Shown here: one piece after another, positions 62,092 through 64,000 of the stretch
How positions within the stretch are numbered: position 1 is the stretch's first letter
Layout: every line of letters starts with the position of its first letter
Source of the DNA: Trypanosoma brucei
Lineage: Eukaryota
DNA: 64,000 bases
Reading direction: 5' to 3'
Assembly: GCA_000002445.1 (NCBI GenBank)
Contig: CH464491.1
Span: 4,224,001 to 4,288,000 of the forward strand
Position numbers and translations under genes: made by a program
Notes under the pieces: generated by a model
What the model was told of the DNA's origin: nothing
Seen by the model: the letters and a program-made list of their open reading frames with translations, nothing else
Databases searched by the model: none

Positions 62092-63789
62092 TCACGAAAT
62101 TGGGAGGCCTAAGTTGAGAACGTGCAAAGGAAACATTTGACGCCTCTGCTGCAGAAGAAGTGCCGTATGAGGTGTTGGAGGGACTGTTTCCCACTCGGGT
62201 GCGGTGCGAGTGACATGTCCATGCATTTCGAGTGCCAGCTGCGCTAGTCGCTTGTCAACATCTTGAACATTCATCCAATACCCAATAAGCGGGGACATGA
62301 ACAGTGTCACGAGAACATGGCGGTGCTCGGCGTGGGCGAGAATGTCACGTACACGCAAAAGCGCTTTGATGACATAAGACTTCCCTAAGAGCAAACGGAT
62401 GCCAACCAATGAAAATGCACGCTGCACAAGTGCGAAATTACGGTGCAGCGGGTAAACAAGGACGCGACGGGCGAAGGCTAGACAGGCATCGTAGACGGTA
62501 TTGGGGGAGTCAAGCCAAGAAAGAGCTGGACTTAACTTGCACACATTCCATAGTGATTCGCTACAGCCCGCTCCCTCTGTTACAATATCGTCGTACGCTT
62601 CAGCCAAGAGAATGTCCAAAGTTAACGCGTTAACTGCACTACCAACGGGGGGAAACAGCAACCGTGGCGCGGTTATTCGCAGGAGCACAGCTTGCTCTTC
62701 CGTTGTAAAGTTTGCGCACGGGCGCCGCTGCGGAACTGCGAGGCACTTGGAACTCATGGTGGAATTCTCTCCACTCGTGTCTGGGACGCTGGAAGCAGCT
62801 GCATGGGCAGCTTCGTGATCTTCCGTGCTCGGCTCCGTCGGTTGCACCTCTTCAATGAGTGGCCGCTTAAAGTCCGCGATGTTACCGGTCCATATATTTA
62901 CCAAACCACTGCCGTCCGGAAGCACAACATCCTCCTCCTCCAGCGTATCGGAACGGTTAACACAGACGCTACCATTGTCGCCGCTGTTATCACTAGTCAC
63001 GGGGCAACAAACTGTTTCCATCGCCGTTGCTGGTCGGACGTAACGAATGCCTTCTGCATCAAGGGCATTCATGTAGTCCCTCTGGTGCTGGGGCACATAA
63101 CGCAGCAGGCACTCAACATCACCTTCAGCGTCCTCAAAACTTAGAAGAACCGCATCCTCGTCAAAATCCTCCTGTTCCCGCTGGGTGCGGAGCTGCCGCC
63201 GCTGCTCCCCTGTCGTTTCATCCGGGTTGCACGGCAGATCAAGAATGTCAGCCACTACATCGGCATCAAGCGCAGCGAACGTGCCGTGGAAACTGGCCGC
63301 GAAGCCGTAATCGCCGAAGCCCTCCTTCAAATCAATGGTGTGCCCACGCGGTGCTTGAAGTCTCTGTCGGAACTCAGTGTCTTCTCCCTCATCATCTCCA
63401 CACTCTCTTTCTTCTTCATTAGCCGCTTCATTCTCAGCTCGCACGGCGGAGCAAACGCCTCCCACAAGCTGCACGAGCCGCCTCCGCTCCATATCCGTTG
63501 CAATAAGATACGCAGGATTGTCAAGGTTTGTAAAAACCTCACCACGGTTTTCCTTCGGTATGTACACGGTTAAAAGGGATGAGGCAATGTCAAATGTTGC
63601 CCGTTCCCCGCGTCCTTCTGCAATGGGTTGGTCAAACTTCAACCGTAGGTAATATGGTGCGCAATGAAACGTAAACTGGAGTCTGGTGATATCAAATGCT
63701 GCTCCCATCACTTTGCACATAGCGGAGAGAGTGATCGCTACAATGACGAAGGAGTCATCTTGCGTGCAAACGAACACGGGCGTTAACAT
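62092..63789 (-). CDS. SHQ1: SHQ1, H/ACA snoRNP assembly factor (N-terminal CS domain plus SHQ1-specific domain), 565 aa
   Basis: N-terminus MLTPVFVCTQDDSFVIVAITLS ... FTFHCAPYYLRLKFDQPIAEGRGERATFDIASSLLTVYIPKE aligns closely to human SHQ1 ([22 protein letters not shown] ... [42 protein letters not shown]). The SHQ1-specific domain is also conserved (WNVCKLSPALSWLD ... RRVLVYPLHRNFALVQRAF vs WNIRKLSPTLCWFE ... RRVLCYPLYRHFKLVMKAY). Confidence 0.8.
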   Translation of the reverse strand: MLTPVFVCTQDDSFVIVAITLSAMCKVMGAAFDITRLQFTFHCAPYYLRLKFDQPIAEGRGERATFDIASSLLTVYIPKENRGEVFTNLDNPAYLIATDMERRRLVQLVGGVCSAVRAENEAANEEERECGDDEGEDTEFRQRLQAPRGHTIDLKEGFGDYGFAASFHGTFAALDADVVADILDLPCNPDETTGEQRRQLRTQREQEDFDEDAVLLSFEDAEGDVECLLRYVPQHQRDYMNALDAEGIRYVRPATAMETVCCPVTSDNSGDNGSVCVNRSDTLEEEDVVLPDGSGLVNIWTGNIADFKRPLIEEVQPTEPSTEDHEAAHAAASSVPDTSGENSTMSSKCLAVPQRRPCANFTTEEQAVLLRITAPRLLFPPVGSAVNALTLDILLAEAYDDIVTEGAGCSESLWNVCKLSPALSWLDSPNTVYDACLAFARRVLVYPLHRNFALVQRAFSLVGIRLLLGKSYVIKALLRVRDILAHAEHRHVLVTLFMSPLIGYWMNVQDVDKRLAQLALEMHGHVTRTAPEWETVPPTPHTALLLQQRRQMFPLHVLNLGLPIS

Positions 63790-64000
63790 TTGCTCCTACG
63801 CTCGAGAAAAAGACGCGTGATATCCCACTACCGGTGGTGATGACGTTAACCTCACGCCAAGATTTTTCAGAGCAACAAAGAGGCGTCGTTACCTCAAGCG
63901 ATAAACCAGCGCTGGGTAAAATGTTTATCAACCGGCCTGTCGCGCACACAACCGAAAGTTATCGCGACCCGAGTATAGGGGCGATTTGGATGGTGATCAG

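Noticed and set aside
1-64000. Prokaryotic defence or mobile system (CRISPR array, restriction-modification, toxin-antitoxin, integrase island)
   Set aside because: There are no direct-repeat/spacer arrays, no Shine-Dalgarno-spaced operons and no integrase or transposase ORFs. Protein content (myosin, HECT, importin, SNARE, uL2 of eukaryotic type) and unidirectional intron-less gene packing show a kinetoplastid nuclear locus. Calling a bacterial-type system would be unsupported.

Overview
This window reads as a kinetoplastid (Trypanosoma brucei-like) nuclear chromosome-core segment, not a prokaryotic locus. There are no CRISPR arrays, operons or defence islands. From about 5.9 kb to 63.8 kb there are 18 intron-less protein-coding genes packed on the minus strand. 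They are separated by short purine- or pyrimidine-skewed spacers and microsatellites, as expected for one polycistronic transcription unit read right to left. A single plus-strand leucine-rich-repeat ORF at 158..826 faces this unit across a ~5 kb gene-free convergent strand-switch region (827..5907).

Genes I can support from the protein sequences:
- CARP1-like 705-aa protein with two cyclic-nucleotide-binding domains
- LYR-motif / NDUFB9-like protein
- 973-aa helical-repeat protein
- Doa10/MARCH6-type RING-CH multi-pass E3 ligase
- PPR plus PIN/NYN-like nuclease protein (PRORP-like architecture)
- 4153-aa HECT E3 ligase with three SPRY domains and a ZZ finger
- XPB/ERCC3 helicase paralogue (fits the short kinetoplastid XPB-R)
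- ribosomal protein uL2
- ATG4 cysteine peptidase
- myosin with a tandem UBA-like tail (kinetoplastid Myo21 type)
- short syntaxin-like Qa-SNARE
- Cys-rich 944-aa protein
- importin-beta family protein (importin-4/Kap123-like)
- cornichon-like small membrane protein
- WD40 protein
- SHQ1 (H/ACA snoRNP assembly factor)

The gene order (CARP1 ... XPB-R, uL2, ATG4, hypothetical, Myo21 ... SHQ1) matches what I recall of T. brucei chromosome 11, so I do not consider the gene content itself novel.

The parts worth a second look are:
- the ORF-poor, GC-richer strand-switch block with a G13/C9 inverted homopolymer hairpin
- the PPR+nuclease protein
- the giant HECT/SPRY/ZZ ligase
- a truncated-looking syntaxin
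- a 3.9-kb low-complexity gene-free stretch near the right end

All calls come from reading the six-frame translations and the sequence by eye. No database searches were run.
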